Source: an uncultured Gemmatimonadales bacterium (GTDB lineage: Bacteria > Gemmatimonadota > Gemmatimonadetes > Gemmatimonadales > GWC2-71-9). Taken from it: 64,000 bases of DNA. A program made the position numbers and the translations under genes. The notes beneath the pieces were generated by a model that was not told where the DNA came from, searched no databases, and saw only the letters and a program-made list of their open reading frames with translations. The stretch is taken from the NCBI GenBank assembly GCA_963793205.1, contig CAWBZM010000003.1, forward strand, positions 79,840 through 143,839, given 5' to 3'. Shown in pieces: positions 35,890 through 44,341 of the stretch (position 1 is the first letter of the stretch; every line of letters begins with the position of its first letter).

Positions 35890-36449
35890 GGGCGCCGTTC
35901 GGGGTGGTCCTGCGGTTCGTCGTACCGGCGGCGCTCCTGCTGCAGCTCGGCCCGGCAGCCCAACGCGCCGTGGCGCAGCAGTCCGCCGCCGGGGTCGAAC
36001 TCCGCGCGTATCCCGCCGGCCTCATTCCCACCGTTCGCGGTGAATGGTCTCTCGCCCCGCGCACCGCCCTGCTGGTCTCCGTCGGCTATAACGCGACCAA
36101 CCGGCGCTCGTGGGGCGAGCACGATCATGAGCGTGGCGGGGGACCCGGGATCGGCCTGGGGCTGGACTATACCCGCCGACACGATCGGCTCGGCTGGCGG
36201 TTCGGTGTCCGGGCTGATCTGTGGACGCTCGGCATTCACTGGCGGGAGGACGGGGGGTCCAGCGGGACCACGCGGGTCTGGGTCTTTCAACCGACCGCCC
36301 GAGTGGCACACGCGTGGCCCATCGGTGGGGGATGGGCCATCGAGGGGAGTTCCGCACTCGGTGCGGAGCTGAACATCCGGACCCGGGGTGAGGCCGTGGG
36401 GCACGGCGCCATCCTGCTGCTGGGGGTCGCGGTCCTCGGCCACTTCTGA
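35886..36449 (+). CDS. outer-membrane beta-barrel protein
   Basis: ATG 35886 overlaps the nitroreductase stop (ATGA). It has a signal peptide, an alternating strand pattern and a C-terminal Phe. Confidence 0.7.
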   Translation: MRAPFGVVLRFVVPAALLLQLGPAAQRAVAQQSAAGVELRAYPAGLIPTVRGEWSLAPRTALLVSVGYNATNRRSWGEHDHERGGGPGIGLGLDYTRRHDRLGWRFGVRADLWTLGIHWREDGGSSGTTRVWVFQPTARVAHAWPIGGGWAIEGSSALGAELNIRTRGEAVGHGAILLLGVAVLGHF

Positions 36450-36477
36450 CAGCCGGGACCGCGCCCAGTCACTGCGA

Positions 36478-37227
36478 TCAGGGGGTCTGGCCGATCTCCC
36501 GCAACCGGCCGCGCGCCTCCCCATTCTTCGGATCCCGGCGCAGTGCCTCGCGGTACGCCGTCGCGGCCCCAGTCGTATCGCCGCCGAGCAGCAGGACGTT
36601 GCCGCGCACGATGTACATCCCGGAGGAGCCGGGGTAGAACTCTTCGTTCAGCGTCAGCAGGGCCAGCGCCTCCGCCGGCCGGTGTTCCCGACCCAGCCGC
36701 AGCGCCGCCGCATTCAAGGAGCCTTCGCCGAAATCGTAGGCATCCCGGCCCAGGTACTGCTCCCGCAGGCGGCGGTACGTCCCGACGGCAGAATCGGCAC
36801 CACCCGACATCGCGGCTTCCTGAATCAGCGCGGAGAGCGGGACGGGACGGCTGACCCCGCGGTGACAGGTGCGACAGGTCACCTCCACCGAGGGTGACGG
36901 GCGCTCCGGCAGGGTGTCCAGACGGTGATTGATCTCCTGCACCATCCGCATCATCTGGCGGGCGACCAGCTTGGTCCGTTTGTCATCCTTCGGAAAGTCG
37001 AACTGGTCCAGCGGCTTGCCTTCCTCACCGACATGGCAGAACTGGCACCGCACCCCGAGTCCGCCAGCGAAGTCCCGCATCTGCCCCACGACCTGCATGA
37101 CGGGGGTCGACTTGGGAATGACCTTGGTATTGATGAGGCTGTCGGGAGGAAATTTGCGAACGGTTTGCCCGCTGAGCCCGACAGGGATGGCGAGCACCAG
37201 CAACACCGCGACCAGCTCTCGCGACAT
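36478..37227 (-). CDS. c-type cytochrome (reaction-centre cytochrome c subunit-like fold) with TPR-like C-terminus
   Basis: ORF trimmed to ATG 37227. It has a signal peptide and two heme sites, CQFCH and CRTCH. Confidence 0.8.
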   Translation of the reverse strand: MSRELVAVLLVLAIPVGLSGQTVRKFPPDSLINTKVIPKSTPVMQVVGQMRDFAGGLGVRCQFCHVGEEGKPLDQFDFPKDDKRTKLVARQMMRMVQEINHRLDTLPERPSPSVEVTCRTCHRGVSRPVPLSALIQEAAMSGGADSAVGTYRRLREQYLGRDAYDFGEGSLNAAALRLGREHRPAEALALLTLNEEFYPGSSGMYIVRGNVLLLGGDTTGAATAYREALRRDPKNGEARGRLREIGQTP

Positions 37228-37417
37228 GGGACCTCCTGGATGGATAGGGATAGATCCGCCCATACGTTGGTCAGTGCCGGCAAGTTGCGCCGTTCCCTTT
37301 GCGCCACCATCTACGCCTTGCCAGAACCGGGCAGGCTCCGCACCTTGGAATCAGCCGTTCGCCGCGCCTTCATCGGCTCCTCCGCACTAACCCTATACAA
37401 CTCCATCGGTCGCGTTC

Positions 37418-37861
37418 ATGCCAGGTGGATACCTGATTCACCCTGATCTCCCCCTGGTCCTTTCGCGGGCGTGGGGACAGGCGACTGACCAGCAACTGTT
37501 GGAACACGCCCGCCAGCTCGCCGTCGATCCACGCTTCCTGCCATCCATGGCTCAGCTGGCGGACCTGCGCGCCGTCGAGGACTACGAGTTACGGATTGAA
37601 ACGCTGCGGCAGCTGGCCTCCCTGAGTCCGTTCGGGGCAGGGTCGCGGCGGGCCATTGTGGTCGGCAGTGTCGCTGCCTACGGGCTCGCCCGGATGTTCC
37701 AGGTGTTGCGCGAAGGATCCCCCGATGTCCTGCGCATATTCCGGAACATGGAGGCGGCCCTCGAATGGCTGGAACTGGCCGAGGAAGCGGAGTCCCTCCT
37801 GCACCTGCTCACCACCGTGCCGCCGCTGGTGCTGCCCAGCACCGAGCAGAATGCGACCTGA
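37418..37861 (+). CDS. hypothetical protein (STAS-like fold suspected)
   Basis: Clean 147-aa ORF. Resembles 7041..7418 in organisation. Confidence 0.6.
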   Translation: MPGGYLIHPDLPLVLSRAWGQATDQQLLEHARQLAVDPRFLPSMAQLADLRAVEDYELRIETLRQLASLSPFGAGSRRAIVVGSVAAYGLARMFQVLREGSPDVLRIFRNMEAALEWLELAEEAESLLHLLTTVPPLVLPSTEQNAT

Positions 37862-38013
37862 GGAATCAGGAGGCCGCTTCTGACGGGCTGCCTGGAGACC
37901 CACCAGGCGCTCCGCGCACGCCATCCCCTGCCTCCTCCGCGGCTCCCCACTCCCGCGCGAAAAACCGAATCAGCGCCGGTGACGTTGCTTGCGGTCCCCT
38001 TCCCGGAGCCCCC

Positions 38014-38616
38014 GTGCGCCATTCCCATACCCTGTCGCTGCTGGCCGTCGTGCTGGCGCCCTTCCACCTCCAGGCACAGGCCATCAGTGGGGACCTTTCG
38101 GTGGGCGCCACCGACCGCGCCCGTCGTGTCTCGGTCGGCATCGCATGGTCGCACCCGGTCGGGAGCCGGATACGCTTCGGGCTGGGGCCGCGGCTGACAC
38201 TGTATGGGGGAGACGCAGCCTCGTATCGGCGCGTCGGGGGTGGGAACACCTTCCCGGACCACCTGGTCCTCACCCCCGCGATTGCGGCTGTGGCGCTGGC
38301 GGTGTCGGGCGACGTGCGGTTGACGGGATCACTCGCACTCGGCGCCAACCTCGATCTCCTGGGTCTCACCGCGGGGCCGAGCCGGCAGCAGGACGGCGTC
38401 GACCTGGCCCCGGGCCGCGGTGCCATTTTCCTGTATGGGAACCGCGACCGTGGCTCACTCACCTCGGAGTTCTTCGCCCGCTGGCGGCTCACCCCTCGGT
38501 GGGCGGTGCGCGGCGGACTCAGCCACTATGTCACCGGCTACCAGCAGCGCCATGGCGAGGGACGGTACCTCCGCTTCGAGACCGTCCCCTTTGCCGCGGT
38601 GCAGTGGCGTCCGTAA
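38014..38616 (+). CDS. outer-membrane beta-barrel protein
   Basis: GTG 38014 gives VRHSHTLSLLAVVLAPFHLQAQA (signal peptide). An alternating barrel pattern follows. Confidence 0.65.
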   Translation: MRHSHTLSLLAVVLAPFHLQAQAISGDLSVGATDRARRVSVGIAWSHPVGSRIRFGLGPRLTLYGGDAASYRRVGGGNTFPDHLVLTPAIAAVALAVSGDVRLTGSLALGANLDLLGLTAGPSRQQDGVDLAPGRGAIFLYGNRDRGSLTSEFFARWRLTPRWAVRGGLSHYVTGYQQRHGEGRYLRFETVPFAAVQWRP

Positions 38617-39120
38617 TCAGGTCGGACGGCCCTGCAGTTTTGCCAGCAGCTCGGCCAGGCGATCGAAGGTCTCGGCCGCGCCGGTCTTCATGTCCGACTG
38701 GAGCAGGCCATCCCGCGCCTCCAGGCTGGGGAAGAGCATCGTTTCCACCAGCGAGGTTCCTTCCCCGTCTTCCGAGAACACATCCGTCACCAGCCCGGGA
38801 TGCTCGCGGGCGCCCGGCACATCATACACCAGGGTGAAGACCAGCCGTTCCGGTGGCGTGATCTCCCGATACTCGCCACAGAACGGGTTCTCGTGCCCCG
38901 TGGCACCCCGGGTCACGAAGCGCCAGCCCCCGCCCGGTCGCAGATCCACGTCGCAGACCGTCAAGGTGGATCCCCGCAGCCCCCACCACTGCCGCAGATG
39001 TTCTGGCCGGGTAAACGCCTCGAAGACCAGGCTGCGTGGCGCATCAAACGAACGCTGCAGCACGATCTCCCGGTCCGATGGCACCGACATGGTCATGGCA
39101 CCGATGGTTTCGATCATCAT
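38617..39120 (-). CDS. SRPBCC / AHSA1 (Aha1-like) domain protein
   Basis: Contains REIVLQRSFDAPRSLVFEAFTRPEHLRQWWG. The start overlaps the ArsR stop (ATGA). Confidence 0.85.
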   Translation of the reverse strand: MMIETIGAMTMSVPSDREIVLQRSFDAPRSLVFEAFTRPEHLRQWWGLRGSTLTVCDVDLRPGGGWRFVTRGATGHENPFCGEYREITPPERLVFTLVYDVPGAREHPGLVTDVFSEDGEGTSLVETMLFPSLEARDGLLQSDMKTGAAETFDRLAELLAKLQGRPT

Positions 39121-39485
39121 GATTTCGGCTTCCTGCCCTGAAGGGTTTGAAGATAGGAATCGAGGCGGTCAAAGCTCTCGCCCCGGAACCGCGCGAAGGA
39201 CATGATCCAGTCGTGCATCGGCTGGAGCCCCTCGCTGTTCAACGCGTACATGCGCTGCTGGCCTTCCCCACGCACCCGGACCAGCCCCACCTCCTTGAGC
39301 ACCCGCAGATGCTTCGATGCCTGCGGCTGCTGCACCCGGAGGGAATGCGCCAGCTCGTTGACGGAGCACTCCCGTTGCTGCAGCAGGGTCAGGATCTGAC
39401 GGCGCCGGGGTTCGGCAACGGCATTGAAGACATCGGAGGTGGTAGCGGCTCGAGCCATGGCAGCAATGTATTCCCATATCGGCAT
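39117..39485 (-). CDS. ArsR/SmtB family transcription regulator
   Basis: Contains VAEPRRRQILTLLQQRECSVNELAHSLRVQQPQASKHLRVLKEVGLV. An alternative start is ATG 39458. Confidence 0.9.
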   Translation of the reverse strand: MPIWEYIAAMARAATTSDVFNAVAEPRRRQILTLLQQRECSVNELAHSLRVQQPQASKHLRVLKEVGLVRVRGEGQQRMYALNSEGLQPMHDWIMSFARFRGESFDRLDSYLQTLQGRKPKS

Positions 39486-39566
39486 ATGTCAAGATCCGCC
39501 ACTCTCACCGGCGAAACCGGACCTGTGTCCTCGCCGTCCGACCCCCATCCACCACCTGGAGCTGCC

Positions 39567-40004
39567 ATGCGCGCCTTCGCCGTTACCGCTGCCCTGCTCT
39601 GCTGCACTGTTGCCCTCCCCGCCCGCGCCCAGGGGACGCCGGGCACCGCCGAGACCGCGGCGGTCCGCAGCGTCGTCGAGCGCTACCTGCATGGCCTCAA
39701 GTTCAATGACACCGTGAGTTTCCACGACGCCTTCCTGCCCGACGCGAAGCTCTATTTCCGCCGACGGGATGGTCAGCTCGGCGCCCTGTCGCAGCATGAC
39801 TGGTATGCCGGGTTCGCCAAGACCGCGGGGCAGGAGGAAGCGGGCGAACTGCGGATCACGGCGCTCGAGGTCACCGGGGACATCGCCTCGGCCAAGGTCG
39901 AGGAGGAGTACGCGAAGGTCCGGTACACCGACTACCTCGCCCTGGTCCGGATCGGGGACCGCTGGCAGATCGTCAACAAGGTGTTCACCGCCGCGCCCCG
40001 ATAG
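39567..40004 (+). CDS. secreted NTF2-fold protein (putative lumazine-binding family)
   Basis: ATG 39567. It has a signal peptide, then VVERYLHGLKFNDTVSFHDAF ... YLALVRIGDRWQIVNKVF. Confidence 0.75.
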   Translation: MRAFAVTAALLCCTVALPARAQGTPGTAETAAVRSVVERYLHGLKFNDTVSFHDAFLPDAKLYFRRRDGQLGALSQHDWYAGFAKTAGQEEAGELRITALEVTGDIASAKVEEEYAKVRYTDYLALVRIGDRWQIVNKVFTAAPR

Positions 40005-40057
40005 GCGGCTCCCCGGCACTGCTTGACGCCGCATCCAGTATACTGGATATTGTTTCC

Positions 40058-40657
40058 ATGTCTTTGGATATGGCGTCCGACCTGACCCACCGCATCGCCG
40101 GTCGCGTGCAGCGGCTGCGCGCCAGCCAGGGACTCTCGCTGGAGGCGCTGGCGGACCGGAGCGGTGTCAGCCGCTCCATGATCTCCCTGATTGAGCGCGG
40201 TGAGACCAGCCCGACCGCCGTCGTCCTCGAACGCCTCGCCACCGGACTCGGCGTGGTCCTGGCCACCCTGTTCGATGCCCCGGATGCGGACCGGGCACCG
40301 GATCCCCTCTCCCGCCGGACCGACCAGGACTCCTGGACTGATCCCGATTCGGGCTACACCCGGCGGAATATTTCTCCCCCGGGGGCCGGGCAGCCGATGC
40401 AAATCGTCGAGGTCCGGTTCCCGCCCGGACGACGGGTGACGTTCGAGCGGCTGACTCCGGGCCCGGTCGCCTGCCAGCAGGTCTGGGTGTTGAGCGGCAC
40501 CCTCGACATCACCCTCGGCCGCACCCGCACCCGCCTCGCTGAGGGAGACTGCCTCGCCATGCAGCTCGATCGGCCGATCACCTTTCACAATCCTTCACGC
40601 CGCACCACCCGATACTGCGTCGTGATCGCGCCGAGCCCGGCAGGGAAGCGGACATGA
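40058..40657 (+). CDS. XRE-family HTH regulator with C-terminal cupin domain
   Basis: The HTH is LRASQGLSLEALADRSGVSRSMISLIERGETSPT. A cupin tail follows. Confidence 0.9.
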   Translation: MSLDMASDLTHRIAGRVQRLRASQGLSLEALADRSGVSRSMISLIERGETSPTAVVLERLATGLGVVLATLFDAPDADRAPDPLSRRTDQDSWTDPDSGYTRRNISPPGAGQPMQIVEVRFPPGRRVTFERLTPGPVACQQVWVLSGTLDITLGRTRTRLAEGDCLAMQLDRPITFHNPSRRTTRYCVVIAPSPAGKRT

Positions 40658-41178
40658 CCACCATCCTCCCGCCCCGGCGCCTTCGCACCGTCACCGAGGC
40701 CCAGATCGCCCAGCTGGCGGAGGTGCTGATCGATGCGGTGGACGGCGGGGCCTCGGTCAGCTTCATGAGCCCCCTGCCCTTCCCACGGGCGGAGGCCTTC
40801 TGGCGGGGAGTGGCGCAGGCGGTCGCGACCGAAGCGGTGGCCCTGCTGGTGGTGGAGGACGACGCAGGCATATGCGGGACGGTACAGCTGGGGTTGGCCC
40901 AGCCCGACAACCAGCCGCACCGGGCGGACCTGTCCAAAATGCTGGTCCATCGCCGCGTGCGGCGACAGGGAGTGGGAGAGGCGCTGATGCGCGCAGCAGA
41001 GGCGACCGCTCGGGAATGCGGGAAGCGGCTGCTGGTTCTGGATACCGCGAGTGATGTGGCGGAGCGGCTCTATGCCCGCACCGGCTGGACCCGAGTCGGC
41101 GTCATCCCGGATTACGCTCTGCTGCCGGACGGGGCGCCGTGCAGTACTACGATCTTCTACCGCACCCTCACGCCGTAA
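40654..41178 (+). CDS. GNAT family N-acetyltransferase
   Basis: ATG overlaps the upstream stop (ATGA). Contains KMLVHRRVRRQGVGEALM. Confidence 0.85.
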   Translation: MTTILPPRRLRTVTEAQIAQLAEVLIDAVDGGASVSFMSPLPFPRAEAFWRGVAQAVATEAVALLVVEDDAGICGTVQLGLAQPDNQPHRADLSKMLVHRRVRRQGVGEALMRAAEATARECGKRLLVLDTASDVAERLYARTGWTRVGVIPDYALLPDGAPCSTTIFYRTLTP

Positions 41179-41192
41179 CCGTCTCACCGCGC

Positions 41193-41323
41193 GACCGCCC
41201 GACCGCCTGACCGCCCGTCCGGCTACCCACGTACCCTCGTACACCCACGCACCCACGTACCCACGCACCCACGCACCCACGCACCCACGTACCCACGTAC
41301 CCACGTACCCCTACCCACCGTCC
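41193..41323. repeat. tandem octamer array: GACCGCCY x3-4 then ACCCACGY x about 10 plus degenerate ends
   Basis: Read directly: gaccgccc gaccgcct gaccgccc gtccggct acccacgt accctcgt (ac) acccacgc acccacgt acccacgc x3 acccacgt x3 accccta cccaccgtccc. It is intergenic. Confidence 0.9.
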
Positions 41324-41392
41324 CTAACACTAAGCAAATAATGAAAACAGCCTGAAGCTCTCCCCGCCTTGACGCCTACTCCCGGCAGGCCA

Positions 41393-44341
41393 ATGTTGAA
41401 GCGTCTTTCATTGGGCCCGCTTAGCACCCATTCACTTTTCGTTCACGATAGCACTTCCCATGGAGCCTCGCGGGGATCCCCCCCGTCGCCCCCGGACGAT
41501 CCCCCGGTCTCCAGACCGGAGGCCGGCAGACTGCCTCACGTCAGCTCAATATCACCACACGGGATCCTTGTGAGCTCTGGCTCCACCGTGCCTTCCCCTC
41601 CCCCGGAGGGAGCCCTGGCTCCTTCCCTGACCGCCGCGGATCCGCGCGCCCTGCAGCTGACATTTACGGTGTCCGGCTATCTGGCGATGGCGGGGATTGT
41701 CGTGGGTCTGGTGGTGCTGCTGGGCGGGTGGGTGATCGGGATTGAATGGATCAAGGGTCTCCTGCCCGGTATGGCCACCATGAAGCCGGCCACCGCCATT
41801 TGCATTGCGCTGGTCGGTGCCGGCCTCTGGTTGGAACGCCGTGACACGGATCGGGCGCACCGCTGGGCAGCAGGCGTGGGGATCCTGTCGATCGCCGTCT
41901 CGCTGCTCACGGTCTCCGCCTATCTTGTCGACGCTGGCGCCCCCCTGCTGGCGGCCAGGCTCATGCCGCCGCCGCAGCGGATGTCCCTGGCGACCTCCGT
42001 CGGGCTCCTGTTGCTGGGCATCGCGGTGGTGTTGTTGCGCTGGGCCCGGTTCCGCACCCGTCCGGCGGACTTCGTCGCGCTCGGGGCGATCCTGGTCGGG
42101 CTGGTCGGTATCGAAGGCTATCTCTTCGGCACCGTCGGACTGTACCGCTTCCTGCCTTACGGCAGCATGGCCCTGCACACCGCGGCCCTGATCTTCCTGC
42201 TCGGCCTCGGCGTGCTCACTGTCCGGCCGGAGAGGGGCGTCCTGGCGCCGTTCGTCAGCCGCTACGATGGCGGGAAAACGGCACGACTGGTGCTGCCCAC
42301 CGTGGTGACAGCCATCCTGCTGGTGGCGTGGCTGCGGCTGCAGGGGGAACGGGCCGGCTGGTACGGCACCGAGGTGGGGCTCGCCATCTTTTCGTCCGCC
42401 AATATCGTCCTGATCACGACCGTCACCTGGATGGCGGCCAGCCGGGTCAACCGGGCCGACCTGGAGCGGCGCGATGCCGAAGTCCGTGCCCTGGCGGATG
42501 TCGAGCGCCTGCGGCTGCTCTCGGCGGTGGTGGAAAGCTCCGATGATGCGATTCTCACGAAAAGCACCGACGGGACGATCCAATCCTGGAATCGTTCCGC
42601 CGAGCTGCTCTATGGCTATCGCCCGGAGGAGGCGATTGGGCAGAACATTGCCCTCATCGTTCCGGCGGACCGTCGGGCCGAACTCGCCGATCTGATCGGG
42701 CGAGTGCAGCGCGGCGAGTCCGTGCACCACCTGGAGACGGTCCGGCAGACCAGGGACGGGCGGCGGATCGACGTGTCCCTCTCCCTCTCCCCGGTGACCC
42801 TCGGGCCGGGTCGCTCGACCGGAATCGCAGCAATCGCCCGAGATATCACCGACCGGCGACGCCAGGCCGAACGGTTGCAGGCGGTGGTGGAGTCCGCACC
42901 CAACGGCATGATGATGGTGACGGAGGACGGTCGGATCGAACTGGTGAACCGGGCCGCCGAGGTGCTCTTCGGCTATCGCCGGAAGGAAATGCTCGGCCAG
43001 ACGGTGGACATGTTGCTGCCGGAGAAGGCCCGTGCCCGCCATCCCGCCTTTCGCGCCGACTTCGGTCGCGACCCGACGCCGCGCGCGATGGGGGCAGGCC
43101 GGGAACTCTTCGCCCGGCGAAAGGACGGGAGCGAGGTACCGGTTGAAATCGGCCTGAACCCGATCGAGATCGATCAGGCGCGTTACGTCCTCGCCTCGAT
43201 TGTTGATGTGAGCGCACGGAAGCTGGCGGATGAACGGACCCGGCTGGTGGTGGAAGCGAGTCCGAGTGGTCTGGTCGTGGTGGACCCCGCGGGCATCATC
43301 ACCATGGTCAACCAGGAGATGGTACGGATGTTCGACTGGCCGCGGGAGCAGCTGGTCGGCCAGCCGATCGACCGTCTGCTGCCCGAGCAGGCGCGCCCCA
43401 GCCACGATGGGCTGCGGCGGGCCTACATGGAGGCGCCTGGCCGACGGGCCATGGGGGTCGGTCGCGAATTGTTCGGCCGCCGGCGGGATGGCACCGAGTT
43501 CCCGGTGGAGATCGGGCTCAATCCGTTGCGGCAGGGAAATGAGGTCGCGGTGCTGGCCGTCGTCACCGACATCACCGAGCGCCGGGCCGCGGAACAGGCC
43601 CTGGCACGGCATCAGCGGGAACTGGAGCGCTCCAACAAGGAGCTGGCCCATTTCGCTTACGTCGCCTCGCATGATCTGCAGGAACCGCTGCGCATGGTGA
43701 GCAGCTATGCCGAGCTCTTCTCGGAGCGCTACCAGTTCACCCTGGACGAGCGAGGGAGCAAGTATCTGGGATACATGGTGGATGGCGCCCGCCGGATGCA
43801 GGCGCTGGTCCGTGACCTGTTGGCCTATGCCCGGGTGGATTCCCAGGGACGGCCACTCGAGGCCACCGGTGTGGCCAGGGTCCTGACCGCCACGCTGCAC
43901 GACCTGTCGGGCGCCATCACGGAGGCGGAGGGCACAATCGAGCATGGCGAGATGCCCACGGTATGGGCCGATCCCGTACAACTGCAGCAGCTGCTGCAGA
44001 ACCTCATTGGCAATGCCGTGAAGTTCCGCAGCGGCATGCCGCCCAGGGTGCGACTCACGGTGGAGCGGCAGGGCCCCATGCTGGCGTTCGCGGTGAGCGA
44101 CAACGGGATCGGCATCGCGCCGGAGTTTGCCGAGCGGGTCTTCGGCATGTTCCAGCGGCTGCATACCCGGGAGGAATTCGCGGGGAGTGGCATCGGGCTT
44201 TCGATTGCTCGAAAGATCGTGGAGCGCCATGAAGGCCGGATCTGGGTCGACACGACGGTCAATGGCGGCACGACGATTCGCTTCACCTTATGGCCCGCCG
44301 ACGGCCCCCGTCCGCCCGGGACCCCTGGAAGTGCACCATGA
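41393..44341 (+). CDS. membrane sensor histidine kinase: multi-TM N-terminal domain, three PAS domains, HisKA, HATPase_c
   Basis: About eight TM helices. The H-box is FAYVASHDLQEPLRMV and the ATPase motifs are NLIGNAVKF, DNGIGI and GSGIGLS. The start is uncertain (ATG 41393, TTG 41369, GTG 41570). Confidence 0.9.
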   Translation: MLKRLSLGPLSTHSLFVHDSTSHGASRGSPPSPPDDPPVSRPEAGRLPHVSSISPHGILVSSGSTVPSPPPEGALAPSLTAADPRALQLTFTVSGYLAMAGIVVGLVVLLGGWVIGIEWIKGLLPGMATMKPATAICIALVGAGLWLERRDTDRAHRWAAGVGILSIAVSLLTVSAYLVDAGAPLLAARLMPPPQRMSLATSVGLLLLGIAVVLLRWARFRTRPADFVALGAILVGLVGIEGYLFGTVGLYRFLPYGSMALHTAALIFLLGLGVLTVRPERGVLAPFVSRYDGGKTARLVLPTVVTAILLVAWLRLQGERAGWYGTEVGLAIFSSANIVLITTVTWMAASRVNRADLERRDAEVRALADVERLRLLSAVVESSDDAILTKSTDGTIQSWNRSAELLYGYRPEEAIGQNIALIVPADRRAELADLIGRVQRGESVHHLETVRQTRDGRRIDVSLSLSPVTLGPGRSTGIAAIARDITDRRRQAERLQAVVESAPNGMMMVTEDGRIELVNRAAEVLFGYRRKEMLGQTVDMLLPEKARARHPAFRADFGRDPTPRAMGAGRELFARRKDGSEVPVEIGLNPIEIDQARYVLASIVDVSARKLADERTRLVVEASPSGLVVVDPAGIITMVNQEMVRMFDWPREQLVGQPIDRLLPEQARPSHDGLRRAYMEAPGRRAMGVGRELFGRRRDGTEFPVEIGLNPLRQGNEVAVLAVVTDITERRAAEQALARHQRELERSNKELAHFAYVASHDLQEPLRMVSSYAELFSERYQFTLDERGSKYLGYMVDGARRMQALVRDLLAYARVDSQGRPLEATGVARVLTATLHDLSGAITEAEGTIEHGEMPTVWADPVQLQQLLQNLIGNAVKFRSGMPPRVRLTVERQGPMLAFAVSDNGIGIAPEFAERVFGMFQRLHTREEFAGSGIGLSIARKIVERHEGRIWVDTTVNGGTTIRFTLWPADGPRPPGTPGSAP

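Noticed and set aside
36478-37227. Photosynthesis gene cluster suggested by the reaction-centre-cytochrome-like c-type cytochrome
   Set aside because: No puf, puh or bch genes are nearby. This cytochrome fold with a TPR tail occurs widely outside phototrophs.
40058-41178. XRE regulator plus GNAT pair as a GNAT-toxin/antitoxin module
   Set aside because: The upstream protein is a 199-aa XRE-cupin sensor-regulator rather than a short RHH/DUF1778-type antitoxin. XRE-cupin plus GNAT is a common metabolic regulator-enzyme pair. This was not tested.
41193-41323. CRISPR array interpretation of the repeat tract
   Set aside because: The units are 8 nt and directly abutting, with no spacers. No cas genes are present in the window.
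40585-41341. ORFs translating the octamer array (MGTWVRGCVGAWVRGYVGAWV... on minus; ...THVPSYTHAPTYPRTHAPTHPRTHVPTYPYPP on plus)
   Set aside because: The periodic peptide is just a read-through of an 8-nt DNA repeat. Because 8 is not a multiple of 3, the peptide pattern cycles through all frames. The region is intergenic between a clear stop and the next operon.
41552-44230. 892-aa ORF on the minus strand opposite the histidine kinase
   Set aside because: It is a typical high-GC shadow ORF. The product is Arg/Gly/Pro/His-rich with no domain pattern, while the plus-strand frame encodes textbook PAS/HisKA/HATPase motifs.
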